The notes beneath the pieces were generated by a model that had not been told where the DNA came from, did not search any database, and saw only the letters and a list, made by a program, of their open reading frames with translations. From an uncultured Candidatus Peribacteria bacterium (GTDB lineage Bacteria > Patescibacteriota > Gracilibacteria > Peribacterales > Peribacteraceae), in contig CAZFCB010000002.1 in the NCBI GenBank assembly GCA_964517585.1, positions 1 through 51,631 on the forward strand: a stretch of 51,631 bases of DNA. Direction: 5' to 3'. Below are positions 8,844 to 18,450 of this stretch, piece after piece; positions within the stretch are counted from its first letter, which is position 1; each line of letters opens with the position of its first letter. The position numbers and the translations under genes are program-made.

Positions 8844-9458
8844 TCATTCGACGATCACATTTCCCTGCCGCAGAATACGAATGCCCCCGACGTTCACGCG
8901 AACAACCGTAGAAGGAGGTGCGACGGGTAGAGCGCCAGCATCAATGATAAGGTCGGGCATCAAGAGAGACTCCTCCCACTGCGCCAGAATTTCGGCAACG
9001 GAGTATGGACTCGGTTTTCCGTGCAAATTTGCAGATGTCGTCGCGATCGGTTTACCAAAAGCTTTGGCTAATTCCATCGCAAATGGATGCGATGAAATAC
9101 GGACGCCGATGTGCTCATCATTTCCTCCGCCAGACGCTGTGACCCAGAGTGGGGAAGCATCATATTTTTTTGTGAGGACAAGCGTCAGAGGACCCGGAAG
9201 ATATTTCGCAGCAAGCTCTTCGGCTTTCGGTGAGACTGTGACGTACGATCGTGCGGCATCGATAGATGAAAATAATGCACTGACCGGCTGATCAACGGGT
9301 CTCATTTTACTATCGAAAAGATCTTTCACTGCATCTTCACTTGTGAGGTCACAGGTGATGCCGTAGCACGTCTCGGTCGCGTGGATGACGATGCCCCCGC
9401 CTCGTAGAGCCAAGAGGGCTTCTTCCAGTGCCTCAGGCGACTCGGGGAGAATTTTCAT
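8844..9458 (-). CDS. tsaC: L-threonylcarbamoyladenylate synthase, YrdC/TsaC type
   Basis: 204 aa with a YrdC-domain pattern (LRGGGIVIHATETCYGITCDL...GPLTLVL...IGVRISSHP...TSANLHGKP). Its start overlaps the dnaE stop as ATGA. Confidence 0.85.
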   Translation of the reverse strand: MKILPESPEALEEALLALRGGGIVIHATETCYGITCDLTSEDAVKDLFDSKMRPVDQPVSALFSSIDAARSYVTVSPKAEELAAKYLPGPLTLVLTKKYDASPLWVTASGGGNDEHIGVRISSHPFAMELAKAFGKPIATTSANLHGKPSPYSVAEILAQWEESLLMPDLIIDAGALPVAPPSTVVRVNVGGIRILRQGNVIVE

Positions 9459-12400
9459 GTTCTGATAGTAAACTTCTTCACTGCTTCTTCAACACGTTTT
9501 TCAAAAATTGGAGACATGGTAACCGTGAGCCCGACTGGGATAATTTCAGTCCCGATTTTGAGCTGAATTTTTTCTCGTCCAGGGAACGTCTCAAAGATTT
9601 CCTTGATCTCGAGCATGAGTTCTTTTGGCGCTCTCTGTGGAAGCTCTACCGTGTGAATGGAGATAGATGCTTGTGCTGCGGGCTCTCGATGTTGAACGTC
9701 AGCTTGTTCTCCTGTCGTATATTTCTCCATCCCAAGCACTGCGAGTGGCTCTTCTACTGGCATGCCTTTCTTGATCCACGTCGTGAGTGGTCCACTCGAA
9801 GTATCCGGAGCCAATGGTACTGGCGCATCTTCCAATGGAATGGAAACGGCTGCGAGAACTTCCCCCTCTTCACCCACCACTTCCACGGTTTCCTCAGATT
9901 CGCGGCGCGCTGTCCCTCTCCAATTTTTTGCCTCATCGTCATTGAACATGCCTGCCTGCTTCGCATTGGACACCATTGTTTCGAGTGATGCTCGTTTCAT
10001 CGCTTCCATCTTCAGCTGTGGAGCACCCATACGCATGTCCAGTGTTCCAGCCATGACGAGAATAGAATCTGCCTTCTCAAGCATGTCTTTATACTGCGCA
10101 TAGGTACGCGGAAACAGCATGACTTCAATTTTACCTGTTGGGTCCTCGACGGTGACAATGCCCATGCTCTCGCCTTTCTTCGTGTGCAGTACTTTGATGC
10201 TCTCGACAATGCCGGCCACAGTGACCTTACGACCCACGTCATCGCCGCTCAAAGTTTCGATAAGACGTGCTTTCTTCCCAATATATTTTTTTAAGCCAGC
10301 AAGTGGATGGCTTGAGACGTACAATCCAAGTGTTTCTTTCTCCCACTGCAGTTTTTGGTAACCGCTGGCTGGTTCCTGCGGATCAAATGCAATCGTTGCG
10401 CCTGAAGATTCTCGGCCAAGGGATTCGAACATGTCAGTCTGCGACGCGCCAACGTCTCCGGCAGATTTACTGAACTGCGCGATTTTATCGTACTGCGCTA
10501 CAAGAACGCCGCGCTCACCAAAACAATCGAGTGCTCCGGATTTTGCGAGAGATTCAAGGAGCTTTTTATTCAGGAGCTTGTTGGAGACGCGTCGGGAAAA
10601 ATCCTCAATTGACGCAAACTTTCCTTCTTTTTCACGGATATCGATAATCTGTCGGATGGAACTTTCTCCGACTCCTTTTACACCCAGTAAACCAAAACGA
10701 ATATTGCCTTCTGGAAGCGCTGTGAAGTGTGCGAGGGATTCATTGAGATCCGGCGGAAGTACGTTGAGGCCCATGGCACGCGCTTCCTCGATCTCAATAG
10801 AGATGCGATCTGTGTCGCCACCCTCGCTACTCAGAAGGGCTGCCATGAATTCTGTGGGATACCGAGCCTTCAGGTACGCAGTTTCGTACGCGATGCGCGC
10901 ATAGCACGCTCCGTGTGACTTATTGAAACCGTAATTGGCGAACGGTGTAATGACGTCATCGAAAATATTCACCGCGAGTTTTTCTGTGTATCCGCGAGAC
11001 ACCGCTCCTTTTATAAATTTATCTCTCTGAGCATCGAGCTCTTTTTTGATTTTTTTACCAATTGCTCGTCTGAGTAAATCAGCTTCGCCAAGAGAGAAGC
11101 CTGCAAAAATTTTGGCCATTTCAAGGATCTGTTCCTGATAGATACCAACGCCGTATGTTGGCTTCAGGATGGGCTCCATGTCCTTGTGAACATACGTTAC
11201 TTCTTTCTCGCCATGCTTACATTTGATGTAGTCTGGGATCTTTTCCATGGGGCCTGGCCGATACAAAGAGACCATGGCGGTAATGTCGCTAAGATGAGTA
11301 GGCTTGAGCTGCTTTAAGTACCGGCGCATGCCGGCAGATTCCAGCTGAAAGACTCCGGTTGTCTCACCGCGCGACAGAAGTTCGAATGTTTGCTTGTCGT
11401 CGGTTGGAATGGATGCGATATCAATTTTTACTTTGTGGATACGATCGATGATCAGAAGCGCTGTCTGAATGATGGTGAGATTTTTGAGGCCAAGAAAGTC
11501 CATTTTTAATAATCCAAGAGCCTCCAATGGCTTTGCATGAAACTGCGTAATAATGGTGTTTTCATCTTTCGGAGCTCTCTGCAGCGCCGTGTAATTCACT
11601 GCAGGTTCAGGTGTGATGACAACACCACACGCATGCACGGAAACATGGCGCGCTTTTCCTTCAAGCTTCAGGGCGATCTCAATGATTTTTTTGTACGTAT
11701 CGTTTGATTCGATCGCATCTTTCAATTCGTCTGTTGCGAGAGCTTCTTCCAAAGTCGTACCCGGCCTATCCGAAATTACTTTCGCAAGTGCATTCATTTC
11801 TGCAAAGGACACACCGAAGGCACGTCCGACGTCTTTCACCGCTGCACGCGCAGCCAGTGTTCCAAATGTACAAATTTGGATGACGCGGTCAGCACCGTAT
11901 TTTTCACGAACGTATTCCAACACTTCATCACGACGAGTATCGGCAAAGTCGATGTCGATATCTGGCATGGAGATACGTTCTGGATTGAGAAACCTTTCGA
12001 AGAGTAGTCCTTCTTCGATGGGATCAAGTGTTGTGATATCGAGAACATAACTCACAATGGATCCTGCGGCAGATCCGCGACCGGGACCCACGGTAATGCC
12101 TCTGCGCTTCGCCTCTTGCACGAAATCTGCGACGATGAGGAAGTAACCAGAAAAACCCATGTTCTTGATGACCTCAAGTTCGTACGCAAGACGCTCAGCA
12201 ACAACCTTTTCTAGTGCGGGATCTTTTTCGATTTGATGCTTGTACTTCTTGATCAGCCCTGTTTCACACTGCTTCATCAGGAGTGACTCCTCTGTATCAA
12301 CGCCTTGGACAGGGAACTTTGGGATGCGGTACTGACCAAACTGAAGAGTGACATTGCATCGCTCTGCGATGACAGCCGTATTGGCGAATGCTTCTGGTAC

Positions 12401-13180
12401 GTGTGCAAACGCAGTACGCATTTCATCGTCAGTACGCATGGAAAAGTCTGAATCACGCATGCTGAATCTGCCAGCATCACCGACGTTCGCATTCTTCTGG
12501 ATACAGAGAAGTACGTCATGTGCTTCGGCATCTTCTGTCCGACAGTAATGACTGTTGCATGTAGCAACGAGGGGGACACCAAGTTCTTTTCCGAAATGAA
12601 TGAGTTGCTGATTTACTTCGCGCTGCCCAGGGACACTCGGGAGATCCATGAGCTCGAAATAGAGATTGTCTGAGCCAAAATACGAACGGTATTGCTCCGT
12701 CAGAAGTTTCACGCGCTCAAAGTCTTCTGCGAGTGCTGCCTGCGGTATGGCACCTCCAATGGGTCCTGTAATTGCAATGAGGCCTTTGCCGTATTGCTTC
12801 AGAAGCTCTGCATCTACGCGTGGCTTGTAGTACATGCCTTCCAGTGCTGCGCGTGTCGCAAGTGCGAGAAGATTCTTGTATCCCTCCTCATTTTCTGCGA
12901 GCAAGACGAGTGGATAACGACGCGTATCCGATGAGGCCTCTTTATCGAGTCGAGTGCGAGCAGCAATATATGTCTCAAGACCCAAGATCGGCTTTATGCC
13001 TACATCCTTGGCAGCTTTATAGAATTCGATGAGTCCATATGTATACCCTTTATCCGCCAACCCAACGGCTGTGTGGTTCAGTTCCTGTGCTCGCTGAACG
13101 ATCTCCTCAGGTGTTGGAAGCCCTTCAAGCAACGAGAATGTAGAATGACAGTGCAGGTGGACAAAACGCTCAGTACTCAT
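9455..13180 (-). CDS. dnaE: DNA polymerase III alpha subunit
   Basis: PHP domain (FVHLHCHSTFSLLEG), polymerase core motifs (GPGRGSAAGSIVSYVLDIT, MPDIDIDF), an OB-fold and a C-terminal extension. The start is set at MSTERFVHLH, 33 codons inside the track ORF. Confidence 0.95.
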   Translation of the reverse strand: MSTERFVHLHCHSTFSLLEGLPTPEEIVQRAQELNHTAVGLADKGYTYGLIEFYKAAKDVGIKPILGLETYIAARTRLDKEASSDTRRYPLVLLAENEEGYKNLLALATRAALEGMYYKPRVDAELLKQYGKGLIAITGPIGGAIPQAALAEDFERVKLLTEQYRSYFGSDNLYFELMDLPSVPGQREVNQQLIHFGKELGVPLVATCNSHYCRTEDAEAHDVLLCIQKNANVGDAGRFSMRDSDFSMRTDDEMRTAFAHVPEAFANTAVIAERCNVTLQFGQYRIPKFPVQGVDTEESLLMKQCETGLIKKYKHQIEKDPALEKVVAERLAYELEVIKNMGFSGYFLIVADFVQEAKRRGITVGPGRGSAAGSIVSYVLDITTLDPIEEGLLFERFLNPERISMPDIDIDFADTRRDEVLEYVREKYGADRVIQICTFGTLAARAAVKDVGRAFGVSFAEMNALAKVISDRPGTTLEEALATDELKDAIESNDTYKKIIEIALKLEGKARHVSVHACGVVITPEPAVNYTALQRAPKDENTIITQFHAKPLEALGLLKMDFLGLKNLTIIQTALLIIDRIHKVKIDIASIPTDDKQTFELLSRGETTGVFQLESAGMRRYLKQLKPTHLSDITAMVSLYRPGPMEKIPDYIKCKHGEKEVTYVHKDMEPILKPTYGVGIYQEQILEMAKIFAGFSLGEADLLRRAIGKKIKKELDAQRDKFIKGAVSRGYTEKLAVNIFDDVITPFANYGFNKSHGACYARIAYETAYLKARYPTEFMAALLSSEGGDTDRISIEIEEARAMGLNVLPPDLNESLAHFTALPEGNIRFGLLGVKGVGESSIRQIIDIREKEGKFASIEDFSRRVSNKLLNKKLLESLAKSGALDCFGERGVLVAQYDKIAQFSKSAGDVGASQTDMFESLGRESSGATIAFDPQEPASGYQKLQWEKETLGLYVSSHPLAGLKKYIGKKARLIETLSGDDVGRKVTVAGIVESIKVLHTKKGESMGIVTVEDPTGKIEVMLFPRTYAQYKDMLEKADSILVMAGTLDMRMGAPQLKMEAMKRASLETMVSNAKQAGMFNDDEAKNWRGTARRESEETVEVVGEEGEVLAAVSIPLEDAPVPLAPDTSSGPLTTWIKKGMPVEEPLAVLGMEKYTTGEQADVQHREPAAQASISIHTVELPQRAPKELMLEIKEIFETFPGREKIQLKIGTEIIPVGLTVTMSPIFEKRVEEAVKKFTIRT

Positions 13181-13236
13181 GCCCTCACGGTAACATTGTG
13201 GAAGCCTCTCGCCAACGCACTCTTGCCGCAATGTCT

Positions 13237-14913
13237 CTACGGTGAGCTTCTCGATGAAGCAAGTGACTCCTCGATGCACGCTGGGATGAATGTGGGCGTA
13301 AGAGCATCATACGTGCCCATATCCTCAGTAAAATCACTCGAACAATACTGCTTCCAAAAATCTGCATCTTTGGACTGAATCTCAGGGTAACAATAACATC
13401 GCTTGTAAGCGTCTTCCTCAAGGTATTTCCCAGAGACGTATGGATGGCAATACGGATTGAATGTGCGTTTGGCTACGGCGTCCAATGTACGCTGACAGTG
13501 GCCATCGACACAGGATCTCGCGAGAAAGAATGTTAACTGTGGAATGTACTTCTTTGGAAGATCGTCATCGACGATCTTGATGAGTGCTTGCACCGCAGCT
13601 TCAAGAGGGACGGAGGAATCTTGCATGCGTTCCAGTGCATCGGTATTCCCCGCCTCAAAGATGCCCATTTCACGCTCAATGTTCGATGTGATCTGCAGTA
13701 ATTTGGTTGACGTATCTGCGGTTCGCGTCAGTGCGTTGAGAAAAGAGTCGAACACTTGTCCAACAAGATAGTTTGGTAATGGCCTACGTAACCCCATTTT
13801 TTCGCGCGCATCGATGTATGAACGTGTCGCAATCCCGGCATTTGGCACGCTCAGGAAATAATCTACGATCGGAAGATGTAGCATGCCTGTTGGCAATGTT
13901 TCATCGGGTGACGGATTGTAGGTAAAGTTACCAGAACCATCATCGCGGAGATTATGCAGCTCAAAATAATCAGGGTATGCACTGAGAATCGCGTTGATCT
14001 GCGCAGGAGAATCTGAGCTGAAATCAGGCTGAAGCGGCTTGAGGCAACCTGTTTTCTCCTCATGCGATGGCGATGGACGAGCGCCGGGAAGAGTATTTGG
14101 TGCAATGGTTCCCGTAAGAACACCTATAACATTATTTATATTAAACAGCGCAAGGCTTACGGTGTTATACAGTGACGTCGAAAAGTTTTCAGTTTCGATG
14201 ATGAAATTTCGTAGTGTCTCCGCTTCTTGATTGTATGGAGCCACAAGCGTTCCGAGAACGTCTTTATCGCAACCAAAACTCCGAACATCGAACGAGGGTC
14301 CGCCAACCACAGCACCACCACCCACGGCAGTAGGAATATACGCAATCGAGTGGACGCCGTAGTCTGTCGTATATGGACAAATTGGCGCAGTGGAGCCGGT
14401 TTCTGTGACAGGATTGCCAGCACCGATGTTCCAGAGCGCACTGTCATGGAATGGATAACGATAGCGGAGGAGATCATTGGTGTATGCAGGATTCGCCCCT
14501 CCTTCAAGAAACGAGTCGTACGCACCAACAAGGAATTTGTATGTTTCTCGGAGGCCTTTTCCTGTGGAAATTTTGCACGCCTGCACTGCTGCGCTCATCG
14601 CTTCCTGCACTTCACGAATCTTAAGTTCAAGCAGATGTTTATCGCTCTGAAAACAGACCGTTCTTTCACGAAGTGATGCAGCCTCCCCCTCTCTTGCTGC
14701 TGCTGGGATTATGAGGGAACGAATCAGCGTCTGATTATTATCAATTTCCGATGCGAGAGTCAGTGGATTACATGACGTCTCAGACAGTCCATTGGCAAAA
14801 CTGACACCAGCATCAGCTCTCTCTAAGACCCCTTGAACCCACGGCGAGAGCGCCTCAGCGTGTACCGCAGTAGGAAGGAGGAGGAAGCCAATGATCAGAA
14901 ATAGGCGCTTCAT
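13237..14913 (-). CDS. Cluster member 5 of 5: secreted cysteine-rich protein, no recognisable domain
   Basis: Start set at MKRLFLIIGFLLLPTAVHA (signal peptide), which makes an ATGA overlap with the stop of the upstream gene. I count 13 Cys, concentrated near the C-terminus (RSCVDGHCQR, NPYCHPY, KRCYCYP). Confidence 0.8.
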   Translation of the reverse strand: MKRLFLIIGFLLLPTAVHAEALSPWVQGVLERADAGVSFANGLSETSCNPLTLASEIDNNQTLIRSLIIPAAAREGEAASLRERTVCFQSDKHLLELKIREVQEAMSAAVQACKISTGKGLRETYKFLVGAYDSFLEGGANPAYTNDLLRYRYPFHDSALWNIGAGNPVTETGSTAPICPYTTDYGVHSIAYIPTAVGGGAVVGGPSFDVRSFGCDKDVLGTLVAPYNQEAETLRNFIIETENFSTSLYNTVSLALFNINNVIGVLTGTIAPNTLPGARPSPSHEEKTGCLKPLQPDFSSDSPAQINAILSAYPDYFELHNLRDDGSGNFTYNPSPDETLPTGMLHLPIVDYFLSVPNAGIATRSYIDAREKMGLRRPLPNYLVGQVFDSFLNALTRTADTSTKLLQITSNIEREMGIFEAGNTDALERMQDSSVPLEAAVQALIKIVDDDLPKKYIPQLTFFLARSCVDGHCQRTLDAVAKRTFNPYCHPYVSGKYLEEDAYKRCYCYPEIQSKDADFWKQYCSSDFTEDMGTYDALTPTFIPACIEESLASSRSSP

Positions 14914-16757
14914 GGTGCTGAGGAGCGGAACATTCCTGTCCAAGGACATGCGCTCTGTGTCAGCGGAGCGTTTTTTAGAGACGAGAAAAGATCTGCAATA
15001 TGCTGCACAAAGTGAGCAAGTTTCCCGAACATTTTTCTTTCAAGTTCTATGGACTGATCAACGGCACTCCTCTGACCAATGGACGCTGCGATGGCATTGA
15101 AATCTTCTCCTCGCTGTGACAGGAATGTACTGAGGCCTTGCGTTGCCTGGCTGTTGAGAAATGGATTTGAAATTGGCAATGCTGCATTCTCATTGTCGTT
15201 ATATGTACATAAGCCCAAGAGAGCCTGAGGTGCGTCTCCATTTTTGGAACAGTACTGGCGCTCGAAATCTTTCACGAGAAATGTGCCGATATATTCTGGT
15301 AGAGGATAGGGCGAATCTTCCGCGATTTCCGTGTACAAACCAAGCTGAGGATCTGGGCGAATGCATGCGAGATACGGAGACGTCGCTTCATTGATGACGA
15401 CTGGATTACGATTGGGAATAAGTGTGTGTCCACTCATCGACTGCAAAAGACATAGGCCGACGTAACACGCATTCGATGTGATGTCATCTTGGTAGAGAAT
15501 CTTTTTCTCCGGAGAACAAATTTTGGCAAGATCTGCCTTCTCCAGTGCGGGATTCAGATGTCCTGGATCATTCGGATCTTCAAGAGGAATACCTGTGTCT
15601 GTAAATAATGTATCGAAGCCACGGCAGATAGCAGGTCCACTCTTGGTTTCTGTAACTTTTTCCGAGCATTGTACAAGTGTAATACTTGATCCATCGCCAG
15701 AGTTATCGCAATGTTCGACTGTCTTTGGAAGGGGGCGACACACGTACCCTTGTCTTCCGATCATGCGACTACACAATGGAGATGTAATGGCATTACCTGA
15801 TGGCGGACCACTACCCTTGTACGCAAAGGGGTATGCAAGATTGTCACCATTCGTCACAAATGTCGGATACGCGTCCGCCGGTTCCAGTGTCAGCCGAAAC
15901 GCATGCGTGGGGTACACCCACATCAACCCGATATCATCCTTACGTGCCCAGAGTGCAACATTTTTTGTGTTCAGTTTTGGAGTCGAAAAAATACCGAGTG
16001 CCTCTGGATCACCAGAAATACCGAGCGCATTTGCGACGTCACCTAATTTGCCACCGACAGAGTCCACCACGCCGGAGAACCGTGGATCCGCTTCGCGTTG
16101 ATCACGGAAATATCCATGATGAAAGCGAAGAATCGCTCTATCGAGATCTTCTTCGCTGAGTCCACTGAGTTCAGCATCAAGATCGGACACCTGGGTATCG
16201 GCACTGCCGTCCCATGGAATGATGGAAGATCCCGTTCCTGACCAAACACGACGAAGTAGTAGAGCATAGAGCGCCATGTCGATTGGCCGATGTGGTTCAT
16301 CTGCAATTGCAAGTTCTGAACCGCTAGCGAGTGTCATCAAGTCTGCACCGAGTTGCTCGACTTCCTGTTCTGCTGTTAGGAGTGCGAGGATATCAGCCTG
16401 TAGTGCGAAACATGATCCTGGCACAAACGCTGCACCCTGAGCGAAATCGTAACCGTTTCCAGACATATCGACTTTGTTCTGACAGAGTCCTTCATTGCCA
16501 TCGAGTGCAAACGTGCCTGCAATGGCGAGATCAATATCGTCAACGGTCAGCTGAATGCCGCGCGTTCCCCATGACTCCATTTCTTTCACAACAAATCTTG
16601 CGATTCGCTCTGTTGGCTTAGCAGTAGGTGAGGCCTTTTGTACTTGATCGTAGAAGAGATCAAATATCGTTGTAGGAGATGGCACCGCAGCAAGCGCTAC
16701 ACGAGGGCTGAGAGCTGCCAGCATCATGCCTGTTGTGAGGACAAGAGTTCGGATCAT
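14910..16757 (-). CDS. Cluster member 4 of 5: secreted cysteine-rich protein, no recognisable domain
   Basis: Start set at MIRTLVLTTGMMLAALSPRVALAA (signal peptide), which makes an ATGA overlap with the upstream stop. I count 14 Cys. Confidence 0.8.
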   Translation of the reverse strand: MIRTLVLTTGMMLAALSPRVALAAVPSPTTIFDLFYDQVQKASPTAKPTERIARFVVKEMESWGTRGIQLTVDDIDLAIAGTFALDGNEGLCQNKVDMSGNGYDFAQGAAFVPGSCFALQADILALLTAEQEVEQLGADLMTLASGSELAIADEPHRPIDMALYALLLRRVWSGTGSSIIPWDGSADTQVSDLDAELSGLSEEDLDRAILRFHHGYFRDQREADPRFSGVVDSVGGKLGDVANALGISGDPEALGIFSTPKLNTKNVALWARKDDIGLMWVYPTHAFRLTLEPADAYPTFVTNGDNLAYPFAYKGSGPPSGNAITSPLCSRMIGRQGYVCRPLPKTVEHCDNSGDGSSITLVQCSEKVTETKSGPAICRGFDTLFTDTGIPLEDPNDPGHLNPALEKADLAKICSPEKKILYQDDITSNACYVGLCLLQSMSGHTLIPNRNPVVINEATSPYLACIRPDPQLGLYTEIAEDSPYPLPEYIGTFLVKDFERQYCSKNGDAPQALLGLCTYNDNENAALPISNPFLNSQATQGLSTFLSQRGEDFNAIAASIGQRSAVDQSIELERKMFGKLAHFVQHIADLFSSLKNAPLTQSACPWTGMFRSSAP

Positions 16758-17719
16758 GGTTTCCTGTCGTGAATAGATGTCGTAGCGTCCCAAATTTTTG
16801 GCATACAACTCACCGCGTCTGCAAGTAAGCTCATTTCATTTTTGAGATCAAGCGATGCGCGTTGATAGCACAACAACTGTTTTGCTGTGGCATAGTTCAT
16901 CTCGAATGAACGGATGGTATTGAGAGTGCGTTCTACTGCCACGCGTGACGTTTGACGCTCTTCAATCACCGCTGAGTGAAGAATAGGCATTCTTGCAGCA
17001 AGATCGGACATATAGAGAAGAACCGGACATGCGCCGTCACATTGAGGGCTATCCGTCAGCGGCGTTTGGCACATGGCCTCATCAGTTTGTTGTCTGCAAC
17101 CTCCAGAATCTCCAACAGCGATGCAACAGAATTGTGCAGGTTTATTGATATCGTTATTCAGTGAGACTTCTGCGATGTTTCTGTCTTGAATCTCGGTCAA
17201 TTTGCATTCGTACTCCCGCTGGAATTCGGCAACAACTGCACCAAAAGATGCAAACGTTACTGGTCTCAGAACAGGAATAGATGCTCCTCCGAATACGAAA
17301 GGCACAGTGACATAGTAATGCCAGCCTGGAAGTGCATCTGCGAGCGCGCGAAGCTTTGGGATGGAAGGTTCGCCCGCAGCACCAATGCCACACTTCCACT
17401 TGGATGGATTTTTTAAAATATCTTCTCTCTCGCCAACAATATTCGACATCGCTTCCCGATACATTGCGCGCGCTTCATCAATATTTTCGATGTTTTCAAA
17501 CATCGTGCCGACAGAATTACATGACCGCAGACTTTCTACCGAGGTACTGGATCCACCTTCGCCTCCGCTGGAACCTGTCCCTAGAATGTCGCCGCGTAGA
17601 AAACGCGTGGAGCCTGCGGCGATCATCAGTACAAGAATTGTCAGGACAATGAATGGGTGACGGACAAGCGCCGTCTTTCCGTCCTTGAAGCCAGTGACGC
17701 AAAATTCGATAATGGTCAT
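16754..17719 (-). CDS. Cluster member 3 of 5: single-pass membrane-anchored cysteine-rich protein, no recognisable domain
   Basis: Start set at MTIIEF, which makes an ATGA overlap with the upstream stop. One hydrophobic helix (HPFIVLTILVLMIAAGS), then a Gly/Ser stalk (GTGSSGGEGGSSTS) and an ectodomain with a dense Cys patch (QFCCIAVGDSGGCRQQTDEAMCQTPLTDSPQCDGAC). Confidence 0.75.
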   Translation of the reverse strand: MTIIEFCVTGFKDGKTALVRHPFIVLTILVLMIAAGSTRFLRGDILGTGSSGGEGGSSTSVESLRSCNSVGTMFENIENIDEARAMYREAMSNIVGEREDILKNPSKWKCGIGAAGEPSIPKLRALADALPGWHYYVTVPFVFGGASIPVLRPVTFASFGAVVAEFQREYECKLTEIQDRNIAEVSLNNDINKPAQFCCIAVGDSGGCRQQTDEAMCQTPLTDSPQCDGACPVLLYMSDLAARMPILHSAVIEERQTSRVAVERTLNTIRSFEMNYATAKQLLCYQRASLDLKNEMSLLADAVSCMPKIWDATTSIHDRKP

Positions 17720-18450
17720 GGTGTGAGGTCGTTCGTATTGGGAAGATCGCACTGTCCGATGAAACACGGAATTTGATGCAGTTTGCCAAGCATATTCACC
17801 ATGTCGGAAATTGCTTTTACTGTTTGGGTTGGAAATCCTTCAAGCATCCAATCCACCATGCCAGCAAGTTGTAGTAAGGACCTGTAACCGCTGTCATATG
17901 CGACAGCGAGCCGCAAGATTGCGCGTTCGGACGCGAGAGTCTCCGCTACAAGTCTTTGGCAATTTCTGACGGTATTTGTGGCGTCTGTCTGGAGCTTGGC
18001 ACTGTCGTCTTGGTTCGATGCAAAATAACATTCTTGATACCGATTCACGGTACGTTCTTTGCAACCAAGAAGATGCATGTCTATTTGTCCGCCATCGGTT
18101 TCAAATGATTTTGCAGCAATCTCACAGACAGCTTGCGAGCGACAGCGATACACTCGGTAACTTTCGATGATGGGTTCAATGAGTTCGGATGTCAGTCTCT
18201 GTTTCGTTTCAAAAATACCTGTGCGTTCTTCGTCAACTTCGCCAGCTGTCAGAGCAAGAATTGTGCCATCAGATGCTCTCCTGCTTCCAAAGAGACGAGA
18301 TCTCCAGTCGTCCTGAATAGCTACGAGTTCTGACGCGACACGTGCAAAGCATGTGTTTTCATTATTTTGAGCAGCGTATGCCACTGGCGATCCAAATGGC
18401 ATGACTAGCGCGATGCCGAGAGCCGCTATTGTCAGAATATTGTTCTTCAC
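17716..18450 (-). CDS. Cluster member 2 of 5: small secreted, probably helical, cysteine-containing protein
   Basis: GTG start overlapping the upstream stop (GTGA). Signal peptide MKNNILTIAALGIALVMPFGSPVAYA. I count 8 Cys. Confidence 0.78.
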   Translation of the reverse strand: MKNNILTIAALGIALVMPFGSPVAYAAQNNENTCFARVASELVAIQDDWRSRLFGSRRASDGTILALTAGEVDEERTGIFETKQRLTSELIEPIIESYRVYRCRSQAVCEIAAKSFETDGGQIDMHLLGCKERTVNRYQECYFASNQDDSAKLQTDATNTVRNCQRLVAETLASERAILRLAVAYDSGYRSLLQLAGMVDWMLEGFPTQTVKAISDMVNMLGKLHQIPCFIGQCDLPNTNDLTP

